Source: Acanthaster planci | Taxonomy: Eukaryota | Assembly (NCBI RefSeq): GCF_001949145.1 | Contig: NW_019091358.1 | Span: forward strand, 217,984-281,983 | DNA: 64,000 nucleotides | Direction: 5' to 3' | Part shown: positions 1-13,000 of the stretch, piece by piece | How the letters are laid out: every line of letters begins with the position of its first letter | Numbering within the stretch: position 1 is the stretch's first letter | Made by a program: the position numbers and the translations under genes | Notes under the pieces: model-generated | Databases searched by the model: none | Seen by the model: the letters and a program-made list of their open reading frames with translations, nothing else | What the model was told of the DNA's origin: nothing

Positions 1-849
1 TATATACATTGGGTAAGGGCAAAACCCGTTATAAATTAATAAAAGGACTTGTTATCAGAACCTCCGGTTTGATGACGTCATCAGCCCAAAATTTCACACG
101 TGTTAGCTGGCGCCCGCCAATTACGTGATGTCATCAGTTGATGATTTGAAGAATACTGTTTCCTCACCTACTAACACCATTTAAAGGAAGTTGACATCTA
201 TTACCACTTTCAAACAATAAGCCCACTTCCGGTTTCGACAGGAAGGAGGGGTCATATGATTTGACCCGCACAAGATGAATAAGCCACTTGCGAGTTAAAT
301 TTGAATAAAATCTATTACACCGAGTTATTTGATTGCACACAAATGTAACAATTTTAATTCCCCAGACTAAAGACGCTGCTGCTGTACCTCATGATTCGGG
401 GAAAGCTTTTGAATAGCGACCACCATCTCTTGAATGGACTGGTTCCTTTGTGAACAGTGTATTGGTACAAGGCATCTCTTGCATAACTAAGCAAAAGCTT
501 GCGCTGAATCTAAAGGTATAGCAACAGTGTTTTTAGTATGAAGAATTCAAATTTTTATGTTCCTGTGAATTTAAAGAACTCAAGAGTACCAGATTTTATT
601 CAAGGGTCACTCGCAAAAGACTTATATTGAAGACCATATTTTTCTCTTGCAGTTGCCTAAAACAGAATGTTGCGGGAGGGCAGGGTTGGTTTTATATGGT
701 TTTAACAATATTAGTGTAATATTTAAATATTCAAAATTTAATAATAAATCACTTGATGATGTCATCTTGACATATTTATTTCAGTATTGTCTTTGTTTCG
801 TTGTCTTTCCCTGGTGTAACTCTGATGACATTTGAATATTGCTCAGGCC

Positions 850-1900
850 CCAGGTCAAAATAGCAACAGTTCACCAAGCAGGAAATGATTGCCCTTAATC
901 CCCTTTCAAACCATTGCCTGATTCAACTGCAAGTGGGTAATGATTGCAAGAGAGTGTTTCCCAAAAGGGAGTTGGCTATGGGGCAATCTCTTAATGCATA
1001 CCACTATTTCCCCCACCTTAGTGCAAAAGCCTCGACTCCCAGCTTTCCATGAATGGTTATTGTGCATCGGCTTTGATGTGTAAATTGGGCCAGTTCCTCC
1101 ACAGGCTTAGCACAGCTTATTCAGACATTTGAAGCAAGATATGAGACGGAGAGAACCCCCCCCCACCTTTGTGTTGGTCATTGTTTGATCGGAATCTCAG
1201 GAATTCTTCACAGACTTCTGGGGGGGATGTGTTAGGTAACAATAGTCTAGAGTGTGTATATGGATTGGACAGGTAAAGGGGGTACCCCTCTGTCCCATAT
1301 CTTGCCTGGTATATATTCAGAAGGGCAAAGTAATTAATCTCTTAACAGAACACTAACTCCATCAGAGTCTGCAGGCCTACATGCATCACTAAGTCTCGTG
1401 TCATTAAATTAAAATATGGAGTTTTCTTTTCCAAATCTAGCACTGTCAGGCAGTGATTTCCACATTATAGATTTGTCAGAGATTGGAATAGACAATAGAC
1501 AAATTGGAGAACATTATAGATGCAACAATTACAGGACTTCAAAATCAATCTAAAAAAGTAAAATAGGCAAAGTCAACTAATGTTGGTATTTAAGGGCAGT
1601 GTGGCAAACTGAAGGAAAAATATCCATATCCATGTAAACGGTCCTACAAACCCAACCCCACAAAACACTGTTGAGATATCAATAGGCTCGGGTCCCAGCT
1701 GTTGATAAACTGCACAATGACTCAACCACCAGCCACAATGGAATGTAATCCTTAAAGCTCTCTATTGTTACAAAACATCACCCAGGAGTGGTGTTCATCA
1801 AACCACAAGCCAATTAGCTAGTTACTCCCTATTGTTGCCTGCTTTACTCTGAAGCTGGTAAGGAGCTGATCATTTATCTATCATTCCCCACTTCATGAAC
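850..1900 (-). mobile_element. Possible highly decayed LINE (CR1/Jockey-like) 3' fragment
   Basis: It interrupts the repeat copy above. The minus strand gives only faint RT-tail-like fragments (RLISCFKCLNKL..., NSLLGNTLLQSLP). Confidence 0.3.
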
Positions 1901-2329
1901 CATTTCTATTTTGCCTTAACAACCGTAATTTTGCCTTAAAATTGTGTACAAAGTCAATGGGCTGATATAAATATTTAAATATCAATAATCAATCAGTTGA
2001 TGACGTCATCATGACATCATTGTTCTAGAACCATCTGTGCTTAAGGTCCTTCATTGGTACAAGTTTGATGAAGGTCCAAATTCGCAAAAGCACTAAAGTC
2101 GTGTACAGAAAAACGTGCAAAAACAACTGGCCTTTTGAGCAGAAGAAGATAAAGGAAGAAAAAAAATACAGGTTCTGTGTCTGTCACAAGGACAGAATTA
2201 ACACAGGGCTTTATCACCTTGTTGTTGTTATGAAGAAAAAGAGCCTTGTTGGCATATCATCAATTTCTTTAAAATATTCATATTCATACACTTACATGTA
2301 CAGGTTTTAACAAAAAAGACTTAATTCCG

Positions 2330-2760
2330 GAGACGTAGTGCTTTGAAAACTGCACATTTAATGTCACGTAACTTGTCAGTTGATGATGTCTTCCTAGCAT
2401 ATGGGCAACATTTGTCTAAAGCTCTCCTCTTTCAAGATATCTACAAGGTTTGAACCCAATCGAAAGTGCACTTCATGAGATATAGTGCTTGTTTGAGTGC
2501 ACCTTTAATGTCATGTGACTTGTCACCTGCTGACGTCATGATTACTTGAGGTCAATAGTCATCTAAAGCACTCCCCTTGTAAGATATCAGTACATGTACT
2601 TCACGAGATGAAGTGCTTTCAAGAGTGTACCTTTAATGTCAAATGATTTGTGACCAGATCATGTCACCATCACATCAGGTACATTTTTGTCTAAAGCACT
2701 CCCCTTTTTAGATATCTGCAAGGTTTGAACCCAATCAGACATGTACAATACAAGATACAT
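2330..2760. repeat. Degenerate tandem repeat, about 3 units of ~130-150 bp
   Basis: The unit gaga..agtgctt...ctttaatgtca...tctaaagc..tcc...agatatc recurs at ~2330, ~2478 and ~2605. Confidence 0.75.
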
Positions 2761-4014
2761 TACAAAACATTATCACTGTCGTGGAGAGATCACATATTAC
2801 AGATTTTAAACATTTGCCTCTTTTGGCGTTCCATATAATGTGATCTGCTCTTAGCGCCACGTGTTTGAAAATTTTCCAAGTCCTGGGTACATGCCCTACG
2901 CACTTTGCACTACCCGTCTTACGGGCAAATATTGCGCATCCACACACACAGTAGCCAATGCATAGTATGCGCACTGGATTTTTGAATTCGCAATTGATGT
3001 TGTAAGGGGATTTTGTCATTGACGCTTCATTTGTGTGAAAAGGTACACCAGTTGTGCACTTCACCCAGTTGACTCCAATGTTTTGGCTATCATCTAATGG
3101 AAGATGCATGCTTATATCTGTTATGGTTGTTTTTACCAAATTTTAAAGAATAAAAGGACTTTTTATCATAACTTCTGGTATGATGCATCGGAACAAAATT
3201 TCACACATACATGTATGTTAACTGGGTAAAGATCATCGTCTACATCAATTTTAAGGCGATTTGGACAAACTTCACCACGGACATTTCATGACATGGCATA
3301 ATTATTTTAGTCTTTGCTTCGGTGTCTTTCCTTGGTGTAACTTTGATGACATTTGAATATCAGTGAACAACCAAAATGTTGCCGTGAAAACATGTACAAA
3401 GTCAATGGGCTGAAATAAATATTGAAAAATCAATAATTAATCAATAATTGTTCTCGGACTATCTGTGCTTAAGGATTCTTCATTGGTACAAGTTTGATGA
3501 AGATCCAAAGTTGCAAAAGCACTGAGGTTGTGTACAGAATAAATGTGCACAAAACAAATGGACTTTTGTGCAGAAGAGGAGAAAAAAACAGGACAAAAAG
3601 AATGTCTTTTTTGCAAAATTGTGAAAAAGCCAAGAAGAAAGAACAAAAACAATGCCTCTCTTGCAAAGTTGTGAAAAAGCCCCCAAAATCTTAAGGAAAA
3701 CATGAGCTGTTTTGGCAGTTGACCAAAACAGTTAAAGAGGAAGAGGAAGGAGACAAAGAAAACAAAATAAACAAAATGACTTTTTCACAAAGTTGCAAAA
3801 AAGCCAAAAGAGAGAACAAAAAGAATGTCTTTTTTAGACAATTTGGAAAAAGCCAAACAACTTTAAGGAAAGCAAGGGCTGCTTTATAGCTGAAGCAGCT
3901 AAAAAAAAAGCATAAAATAATGCCTTTTGCAAAATTGCCAAAAAGTCCCCCCCCCAAAAAAAAAGCCATCAGGAACACAATAGCTGAAACAGCTCATGAT
4001 TTGTGTCTTTGCAG

Positions 4015-4083
4015 GATGTCTGTGATCTGGAGAAACTTGAGGCCTTGCCAAATCTCATTGAGCTATCTGTCATCAGCAATCCT
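4015..4083 (+). CDS. LRRC9: LRRC9-like gene, internal coding exon (last LRR)
   Basis: Boundaries are tttgcag|GAT...CCT|gtaagt; 69 nt, phase 0/0. Translates DVCDLEKLEALPNLIELSVISNP, an LRR ending in the LxxLxLxxNP pattern that matches the recalled LRRC9 C-terminal repeat. Confidence 0.85.
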
Positions 4084-4513
4084 GTAAGTAAAAATAAATG
4101 TGGCATTGTTTGAGTCAGTTACCTTTCAACAGTTTGGCTGAAGGACCTAAGATATGAGTAACAGGCAATATCAAATGGACCAAAGTTGGACTGACATCAA
4201 AATTATACACTTGTGGATGCCTTTTTTATATACATTGATTTGTTAACAAAATAGCATGCATTTGATTCGATTCGATGATTTGATTTGATTTGATTTCCAA
4301 ACATCACTCTCACTATAACAAGTAGTTTGGCACTACACTGCAGTCATCTTCAAATAAACTGCTTCTCTTGTTCCCATTCCTAAACCCTGTTTGATTCAAT
4401 TCTCCATACATATACATGTATGTTTGTTTGCCGAATGCAGTTTTGCACCATTCACTGCAAATAGTGAATGTATATTTTGCTGGTAACGTTAACTTCATTT
4501 CATCCTTCCCCAG

Positions 4514-4639
4514 GTATCCAGAAGATTGATGCACCGTCCAATGCTTGTATTCAGACAACCCAACTTATTGTGTATTGATGGTATACCAGTGAGCTCAGAA
4601 GAGAGGACTAAAGCAGAGATGTATTTTCTTGAGCAGCAG
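4514..4639 (+). CDS. LRRC9: LRRC9-like gene, coding exon (LRRcap)
   Basis: Boundaries are ccccag|GTA...CAG|gtaaac; 126 nt, phase 0/0. Translates VSRRLMHRPMLVFRQPNLLCIDGIPVSSEERTKAEMYFLEQQ, an LRRcap resembling LRRC9 (recalled vertebrate [32 protein letters not shown]). Confidence 0.88.
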
Positions 4640-5211
4640 GTAAACCAAACAAAAATTGGAACTCAACCCAAATACATGAGTGGGATATATTTTAGTGAGA
4701 ATTGCTGTTTTCCAAATTATAAAATAATCTGTTCAGGCCAACAGAATAAATAAGGCAAAAGGAAAAGGAAAACCTGGGAGTGGGGGGCATACAGGGTGTG
4801 CCCCCCCCCCCGAGTTAAGCTCTGAATCCCTTCCAACCATATCTGTCTTTTTGTTTAGGTCTGTATGCTCTTCAAGATTTGCACAAATTTGGAGGTTATT
4901 GTGGGTCTATATTTGTGATTGAAAGAGGAAGAGTTTGTGCATTTTTTCTAATTAGTGTATTCATCTGATTGAATTTCAAACAGTAAACTATTTGTATTAC
5001 TGCTTTGTTCAGGCTCCAGAGTCTTTTGTCTCAGGTATGGACAGAAAGATTTGAGCGTAGACACCGTAGTCCGAGCAAGCAACCCTATCCCTTGAGGGTG
5101 GGTGGGGTTTTTCAAAGACACGTTCCTCCCAAGGCTTCATGCGTTACAACCAGCTCCTACCTTGTTGAACTATTCTCCAACTTATTGCTGTCTACCCTTT
5201 TCAGCAACCCG

Positions 5212-5262
5212 ATTTCATACTGATGGCCTCTTGCGCCCTCACTCTCGCAGTGATGCAAATAG
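5212..5262 (+). repeat. 51-bp dispersed repeat, second copy at 19030-19080
   Basis: atttcatactgatggcctcttgcgccctcactctc(g/a)cag(t/c)gatgcaaatag; 49/51 identical. Confidence 0.9.
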
Positions 5263-6873
5263 CCCACGCAGTACCCACACCGTGCGCTATGGCAGGCCGC
5301 CATTTTATTTGCTTTACAAGAAGCACAAATCAAATATTTCCAGCAAACAGGACTGAATTCGATCAGTCAATCTTTTGATTTGCACTGATGTATCTGTGCG
5401 CATATTCGCCAAGAAACTTGCAAGATTAGACTGAGCAAATTGTAGGTCATTTGGCACCCTAGAACTGACTATTTTGCACGGTTCACAATGAGAACAACTA
5501 GCGTTGATGTTGCCGCTTCTACCCTTTGCTTTGCACAATTTAATGGGGAAAAAACAGACGGGTGAAAAAGGATAAACCTTGCATGAGTCCTGAAATTAAA
5601 CACCGAAATGAGATGTGAAATAAGTGGAATCTTTAGGCCTTGACTAATTGTATCTTAAAACGACTGAATCAATGCCCCTTTAAGGAAGGACTTGAGCAGT
5701 AAGGGCCGGCAACCATTTCGACCCGGTTTGAAAAGGGCCCCCCGGTAAGCTCGCGCTGTTGCAAAAAACCCTTTCATACCGGCCTGGCTACCAGCCTGGG
5801 ATGCTGGACTGGTTGTTGATCTCGAACTTCTCCATCCTGGGGTCTGTTGTTTGAAAGTACTCGTACACCTCATCTATCCCATGAGAAACCTGCTTGTGGT
5901 TTTTAATCCTTCAGCGCTATACAATAGAACCCTTCACCAGCAGAGATCAAAGCCCCTGCCACGTGATTATTCACACAATGGGACCATTAGTCATCAATGC
6001 ATTTGATCTCCAAACGTATTACAGTCGATTACTCTCGCCAGCGCATGAAAGCCATCGCCACATTTTATGATGAGTTACCAGCATCGCACCACTTTTGAAC
6101 ACAATGTATTTTATTTTGTTTTCATTGTCTTCTGCAGGGAACCTCTGCTGCATTTCTAGATCTTGCAGAAAAAAAATCAACCATGAAAACTTAAGTTCAC
6201 AAACAATACTATATTCAGTCATCCCCCAGCCACAGTCGCTTTTAAAATACATTGCAGTTCAATTTGCCACTCCTGAATTAATGGATATTGATTTTTGTTT
6301 GATTTAATATGTACACGTATAAAGAAGCTGCTTTCAATCAAACTTTTTTCATGGGACTTAATTATTGCCTCAATTAGAATAGATTATGTCCAGAGTTTCT
6401 TCGCGAGCTGGTATTGCTGATTCATTTACACCTAAAAGAAATTTTTAAACAAACAACTCAACAAAACAAACTCAAACACTAAATCATTTTAGAAACATTT
6501 CACCTTTATTTCCAGTTCCAACGTCGAATGCTCTACCGATCTGTTTTACAAAAAATAAACACAAATTATAATTTAAAAAATGGATTATACGGGGAACTGT
6601 TTATTATTTAGTCTCCAAAACATGATAGCTGACATTTCCAAAATGCGACATACGCCATTTTGTTCATCATTTCAATTCAGCCCCTCTCCTTTGCTATCCA
6701 GAATCATTTTCAACAGATTTAAGATTGTTAAATATATAACATGATGAATTACGCAGTACGTGCAGTTTAGAAGTAACTGCAGTCTCACCGTTTTATTGTT
6801 TTCAATTTCACAATCTTTTTGAAATATTCTGACGTTTTTCAAATGGATAAATGGCATTTGGGAAATAAAATCT

Positions 6874-7725
6874 TCACAACTGCGTTCTCACTTCGATTGC
6901 GACGTTTTCCTTAAACTCCTGTCTAATCCGTTTGCATCGCTCGTTGATTGCCTCAACAGTTTTACATTTATGGTCAGTGTACCAGTAATAAAAGTTTGGA
7001 AACTGCATTTTGGCCTGCTCAAAGATGCTATGTACGATCTCCCGATCAAGAGTTCCTGTTTTACATTTTTTGTTGTTTTGTCACGGGAGTTTCCGGTCAC
7101 CTTTTTGCGGGCCAGTTCCTCTTTCGGGATCTCCCTCCCCATCAAGTTGAGGCACAGCAAATGGCCTCGGTCTGCATCAGATGCTTCCGGCTTCCTTTGC
7201 TTGACCTCCTTGAGAATGACCTTGTACTCCGACACCGAACGAACCATGTTTTCGTTGGCACCAAGAAGATATTCGTCTGGCTCCTTGCCTGGAACAAATC
7301 AAGGGTTGATGGCGTAGCATGAAGTTGGTGTTTCTTGGACTTGAAACTCTCGAACTGGAGGTGCAGGCTTAGGTTGACTGTCAGCTGACGGGGTCCAAGG
7401 TTCGACGACGATGTGGCAGGAGTGTTTGGGGTGCTGGCCACAGCTCCGTTGTCGATCTTTGCAGCTAGATGCTTGATTCCCTCATGGAAGCTCTCCTGTC
7501 TGTTCTCAAGGCAATCGAGCTGCACTTGGATCGATGTCACCTTTGCCTGAACATCTCGCAAAATTTCAAGCATGAGTGGTAGAAGGTCAGCCTGCTGAGG
7601 CGAAAAGATAGCGGGCTGAGTACAGGACACAAGACGTTGGACTTCGTTGTCAATGTTGGCGCAAAGTTTGGTTCTCAGACCGGTTAGCGGAACATCATCA
7701 TCAGATTCATCATTAGAATATTAAC
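6874..7725 (-). pseudogene. Coiled-coil + BEN-domain protein gene, frameshifted
   Basis: A splice acceptor (ttattttccatgacag) lies at 7726. It is followed by a coiled coil, LMLEILRDVQAKVTSIQVQLDCLENRQ. Across two frameshifts it then reads LLCLNLMGREIPKEELARKKVTGNSRD...KQE/LDREIVHSIFEQAKMQFP...VEAINERCKRIRQ-TGA, the BEN pattern (EEL...TG...LD...I...P...IN.KC..R). Confidence 0.75.
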
Positions 7726-8096
7726 CTGTCATGGAAAATAAGCATAAAAATAAACTGGAGCTCTATATTCGTCTTCTAATGGAAAATAATGCTGACATCG
7801 ATTTGCTATATTTATGAGCTGCTGCCATTGAACATTTTTTGCACTGGTAAAAAGTGGCACCTTCAACTAAAAAACATAGTACTTTGAAATTATGTAATTT
7901 ACTTGCCAAAACATTTAGGAGGACGGGTATCCATCAAGCTTTCTCCAGTGCTGGTGTTCATTTTGAACAAGTACGTTGCGAATTTCACAGAATATTTTGG
8001 TCACAGGTCACAGTATGAGCAGTACATGTATTTGATGTGACAGTGAAGTGGGGAGGCAGTGCATTCATGAGACCCTGTTTGCTTCACTGAGCAACA

Positions 8097-10043
8097 TTGC
8101 AGCCACTGATTGGTCAACAAGCTACACAAGCCACATTGCCCATAGCAACAACTATTCCCACAACGTCATTTGCAGTCAAGATGGAGCTCACTCCATCACA
8201 CTGTTTGGTTTCGCCAGGAGCCCTGATTTTCAGCCCAATTACAACAGTCCTCTCCCCACCGCGGAAGCCAGTTGACTGTCCTGCATTTTCACCTCCTAAA
8301 CATGTGACCCAATTGTCCAGAAAAAGGCTTTCTGATGGTCCTGCCTTCTCTGCTTAGGGTGCAATGCCTACAAAACGTGGAAGAAAGCCGTTTCATGAAA
8401 AGTTCCCGTCTCTTGTGCCAACAGTGGTCGACACACTTCAGGAACACGGCTTTGGCGCTCATCATCGACGATCAAAGACGTGGTCCTCAGTTGGGGTAAC
8501 TGCACGTTGGTAAGTTGCCAAGAAAATCCCCGAGTTACACATCATTACCAGAAGTATCCAGCGGCTGCTCATCCCTCCTAATTGGCAACATATGGCGAGT
8601 CATCGATACCATGCACTCATTGATGCCAAGATCGGCATAAAACAAAATGATGTTGGTCTTCATCATCATGCGTCACATTACTGTCGTGCTACGGTAAATT
8701 ATGCCCTTGAAATTGCCGCATTTTTCATCAATGAAGTTTCCATGTGGTCAGCGGATGACAAAAACAATCTTTTGGTAGGAAGTGGCCCTTGTGTCGACAG
8801 AAGAACGAGTTTCAAAACGTACTTCATGACCAACAATTCCATGCACTATCCTGATCACAACTTTGCAACAGGCTACAAAATCATACCAAGTGGTTGTATG
8901 CAACTTCTCAATCAGCCATCTTCATCATCAAGTCAAAAGCGATCAAAATCGGTTAGCCTTACGAGATCTGGAACATGTTTTGATGCCCCAGACTATGAAG
9001 ATCCACTTCTGTGCCGCTCTCCACCAGCATCAAGATATCGCCATGACAGCCTAGGCCGTCTTCACTTCCAGTATCCAAGAACAGGGCCCCTGACTGTTTG
9101 CTTACAAGGAAACAAATTCTCTAGAGCATCAGTGTGCAATCACTATGCTGATCTCCTCCCCTTGCTGAGAGATGTCCGGGAGAGAGATGGCAAGAACGCT
9201 GCCTTCATTGTATCGGATAATGGTCCTGATTGGAAGAAAAGCAGTTTGAAGGTGATCATGATGATGGGGCGACTCTGGCAGGATCTCGGACTGGTTTATC
9301 TCTGCATAGTGTCATACGCACTTGGGGACAGTAGATTCAACATGATTGAGCACAGTTGAGTGCCAATGACGATGTGGCTCAGCGGTCTACTGTTATCCGA
9401 CAAAGTCCCTAGGGAGGACAAAATGCCATCAGAACAGACATCACTGTCAGAAGCTGAAAAAAGGAGGAAGGAGGCAGTTATCCTAGACACTGCCATCGAT
9501 GATGTGCAGCGTTGCCTGCAAGGTAGATCATTTAACAGCTTCCCAGTGTCGACTGTTGCAGTGAAGTCATCAGCAAAACCTCCCACACTGACGAAGCTGA
9601 GATCGACAACTTGACGGATGCCAGCACAACTAAAATTAAGAACGATGATACATTATCCGCCCTTGCAGATGAATATCGGTTTCTAGTAAAGCATTCCATT
9701 CAGCGTTCCTATCAGCTGGAGTTCGCCAAATGTACAGATAGCTGGTGCCAGCACTGTTCCAGAAAACCCATCCACGCCGATGAAATTTCTTCGCTCATTT
9801 GGCGGAGGATGTGCTCTGACACCGGTGCCTTCAGAAAAAATTCCAGGCCATTTCCAAACATGGCAAGAGGCAGCAGCAAATGCAGTGCAACGACAGCACA
9901 GGCAAGCTTGTCTTGATGAAGGACTTGAATCTACAGTCAAGGGAGATCGTGTATGTAGGCAAGGCTTCAAGGTTTTCCAGAGTGGGGTAGACCGTGATCG
10001 ACACATGCTGAGTGTGACATGTTGGAAAGCATCTAAAGGGTGA
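8097..10043 (+). pseudogene. Zator-like (TP36-related) DDE transposase, decayed
   Basis: One frame runs 8097-9614 with in-frame stops, followed by two frameshifts. Motifs: GAHHRRS, SIQRLLIPP, SADDKNNLLVG (D1), PDHNF..YKIIPSG, GPLTVCLQGNK, SDNGPDW (D2), GDSRFNMIEHS (E), KCTDSWCQHC, and a C-terminal zinc-finger relic VCRQG..VF.S..DRDRH. They parallel the recalled Zator motifs DDK / PDHD / KLIPS / GPTY / DGGPD / SAFNRVE. Confidence 0.78.
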
Positions 10044-13000
10044 CTTTCTACCATCAACGGAATTGTAGACTAACTACGACGTTCAAGTTATGTGACGCCT
10101 GCTTATAGTGTGAGAAAATATACTTTTTTCCTTTTTGCCCAAACTGTCACGCCTATATTCGAGTGTAATGCATTAAGCCCATCATGCATGCAAACCTTCA
10201 CTCGTATGTGCCTGAGTAGCAAACAGCAGTTCTGAGTCTGCACGAAAGGAAATAGACCTGTTCTTCTTTTTACTTTCTGTATCTACTCATTTATTTCCTT
10301 CTCTTTTACTGATGTGACAAGTGTAGTTGAGATTTTCCTTTAACTCTTCCAAAGACATGGTACAAAGGAAGATCTATACGAAAGTGAAGGGGCAACTTAC
10401 CGAATATTATAACAAAAATTATGTGTTGACCTCTAGTCTCTTGATATTGCCCTTGTACAAAGGGCAATATCAACACCCTTGTACAAAATCTGTATGACTC
10501 GGGTCCTTAATTCAGGCATCTGATTATTTACAGGTTTATAATGTCAGAGCCGCTGAGAACTACCAGTAATATACATGCCCTCACACTGCATGCTCAGTCT
10601 TCTGACGCCACAAATGACCGACCGACTGCAGCACGGTCACATATAGTCAGCACATTGCTATTCACCAAGAAAAGGGCACTCACAGGCTTTTCTAGGGCCG
10701 AGTGTTGAGATATAACTAACAGCTGTGGAGAATAAAACATGCCGACCGACTATTATGTGGCGCTAGAGTATGGCCTTTGACAGCTAAATAAAACCGGCGC
10801 ACCAAGATGCGCCAATTCCCGCAATAATTGTCATCGTATTACCCTATATTTCAGCCGGATTTAGTAGCATCATACGGGAGCCGATGCTCTCAAATTGTTA
10901 TTACTGATCATGCTGCTATGGAGGGCTAAATCGCCATTATAAGCTAACAGTTATGTCCATGTTTAGGATTGCCTAAGACCCATTTTATGCACTCTGCGGC
11001 CTATATAACGTGGTGTTTCTGCACACCGCGCCAGCTCCCCAAAACAATGTCATTGCTTATCACTTTGAGTAGGGGTGAACCCTTGAATCTAGTAAGGTCT
11101 AGACGCCACATGGTATAGGTTCTCAATACCCATATGACACATCTTTTCCGAATTGAAAGTTGTGTGTAAAATGCTTCAAGCCTCCATGTCTGATCTTAGT
11201 TTGGATACCAGATCCAGTGTACCTCACGAATCAGCCAATGTCCCCGTGACCAGGACTGGAGGAATTCCTCCAGTTTTCCAGAAGTAGCCGAAATATTCCG
11301 AAGTCATCCCCTCTACATTCTGCATGTTCGGATGGTACCGTTGATGTTCAATTATTCCTGGCCGGGTAGGTGGGCTTATTGAACGTAGACTGTCAACAGT
11401 CATGCATTGGCACATGTGTACAATTAAACAACAAAGTTACAAACAACTTATTTGTTGATGGGTGTGTATGTTGAAGGAATTTTGCTTTACAAGAATTGAT
11501 CAACTAAAATAATTTTAAAATGCTTATGTAGGATTTTGAATTTTCTGAGATTTTTTCAAGTGTGCTTCTTTAGGGAACACCTAACTGCATCTGAACCCAT
11601 TACGTAAGGGAATGAAATCGCAAACACCCGGGCTCTCAACTTGTGACCTCTGACCCTTGCGTCATATCTCTTTATATCCATGGGTGATGCCTGACCAAAG
11701 ATTCTTTATCAAGGGTCGTCAGGGAATCTTTGGGTAGGGAACCAGACTAGTCTGATCTTCATGTGACATTCGCTTTTTGTTGCTGGTGGTCATATCAAAG
11801 CTATGCTGGACACTACTGCAAGTCTCATGCAAAAACGTTCGGTAGTGTTCATAACTATAGACAGGAGCTTTGCCCAACACCATAAAAGCCGACACCCTTC
11901 CAATACTACTTGGCTGATACTTTCCAACTAAAGGTCTGTTAAAAATCTATTTAGGCCTATAGTCTGGTCCGAACACTTCTCTGATTTCACACTGTGGCGG
12001 GGGTCTCCCTACCAAATTTAAGATAATTAGGATCGGTCTAAATCCTGAGAAAATATTGCTGATCTTCCCCAAACCCAAGCTTTCCAAAGACGAGGGATCA
12101 CTCAGAGTGACCCCAAAGCAAAGGAGCAAGTCCATCTTGGAAGGAGTATACCGCCAATGAAGACTGATTGTGATTTCTCCCTGCGAGCAACACAAATGAA
12201 CCTGCAAGAAATACCTCTGGACAACAAATATGATGGTTTATTCAACAATAATCATGAACTATACAGTGATGACTGGGACTAATTGATTGGGTAAAATATC
12301 ATTTCCAGCGTCCTTTGATGGGACCATAAAATAGAAATGTTTTACAACATCCCCGAAATTGCACAATTGGGTTTCAATTAATCCTGATTTCAAATTTTGT
12401 TCTTCAATTTTAACCTATATTTCGGAGTTTCTGGTTTTTATACTAATGAAATTTGCATATTCATGAGCAAAACTATGATGTCACCCAAGGCACTGAATCT
12501 CAATGTTGCACTAATTTGTGCACAGAAAATTTCTGGATATTTTAAATGCTGCTATTGTAGATTTCATTCCTTTGGCGGTTTATTGTATATGGCAATAAGC
12601 CAGCAAGCAACCTTTCCACTATAACGCTTTCAGATAGCAAATTTGGGGTTCACATGCCGAACAGGAAAACTTCCATGCAAACTAAACCATGTGTGCCAGG
12701 ATTTACATCAAAGCAAAAGCCCTGCCACTTGTCTAGAAATGGTTGGTTAATTTTTTGTGTTTAAAACGTGCACTTTTTGGTTCACACTACTCAAAAGAGG
12801 GATGTCAAGCAGTCTTCATACACTGAAGAAAGGTACAGAGATCTGAGATACACAGAAGTGCTTCTAAGAAAAAAGTCAGTTCATGAATGTTGGAAGGCAA
12901 CCTAGCTACTGCTTGCAGTATGCACATAGAATTTACAATGCACTCCCACGTAAACAATGCACGACAATATGTCATCAATGTAGAGCAATGTAACCAATGC

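Larger units (their letters stand above)
30..3960. repeat. Two diverged copies of an interspersed repeat family, rich in GATGACGTCAT motifs
   Basis: Matching blocks are ~30-110 vs ~3148-3225, ~786-838 vs ~3308-3360, and ~1925-2120 vs ~3375-3545. Each copy ends in an A-rich tail. Confidence 0.65.

Noticed and set aside
366..516. AG...GT-bounded segment as an upstream LRRC9 exon
   Set aside because: There are stops in the frames examined and no LRR pattern.
5000..11100. TIRs/TSD delimiting the Zator-BEN element
   Set aside because: No convincing inverted pair was found by eye, so the boundaries are left undefined.
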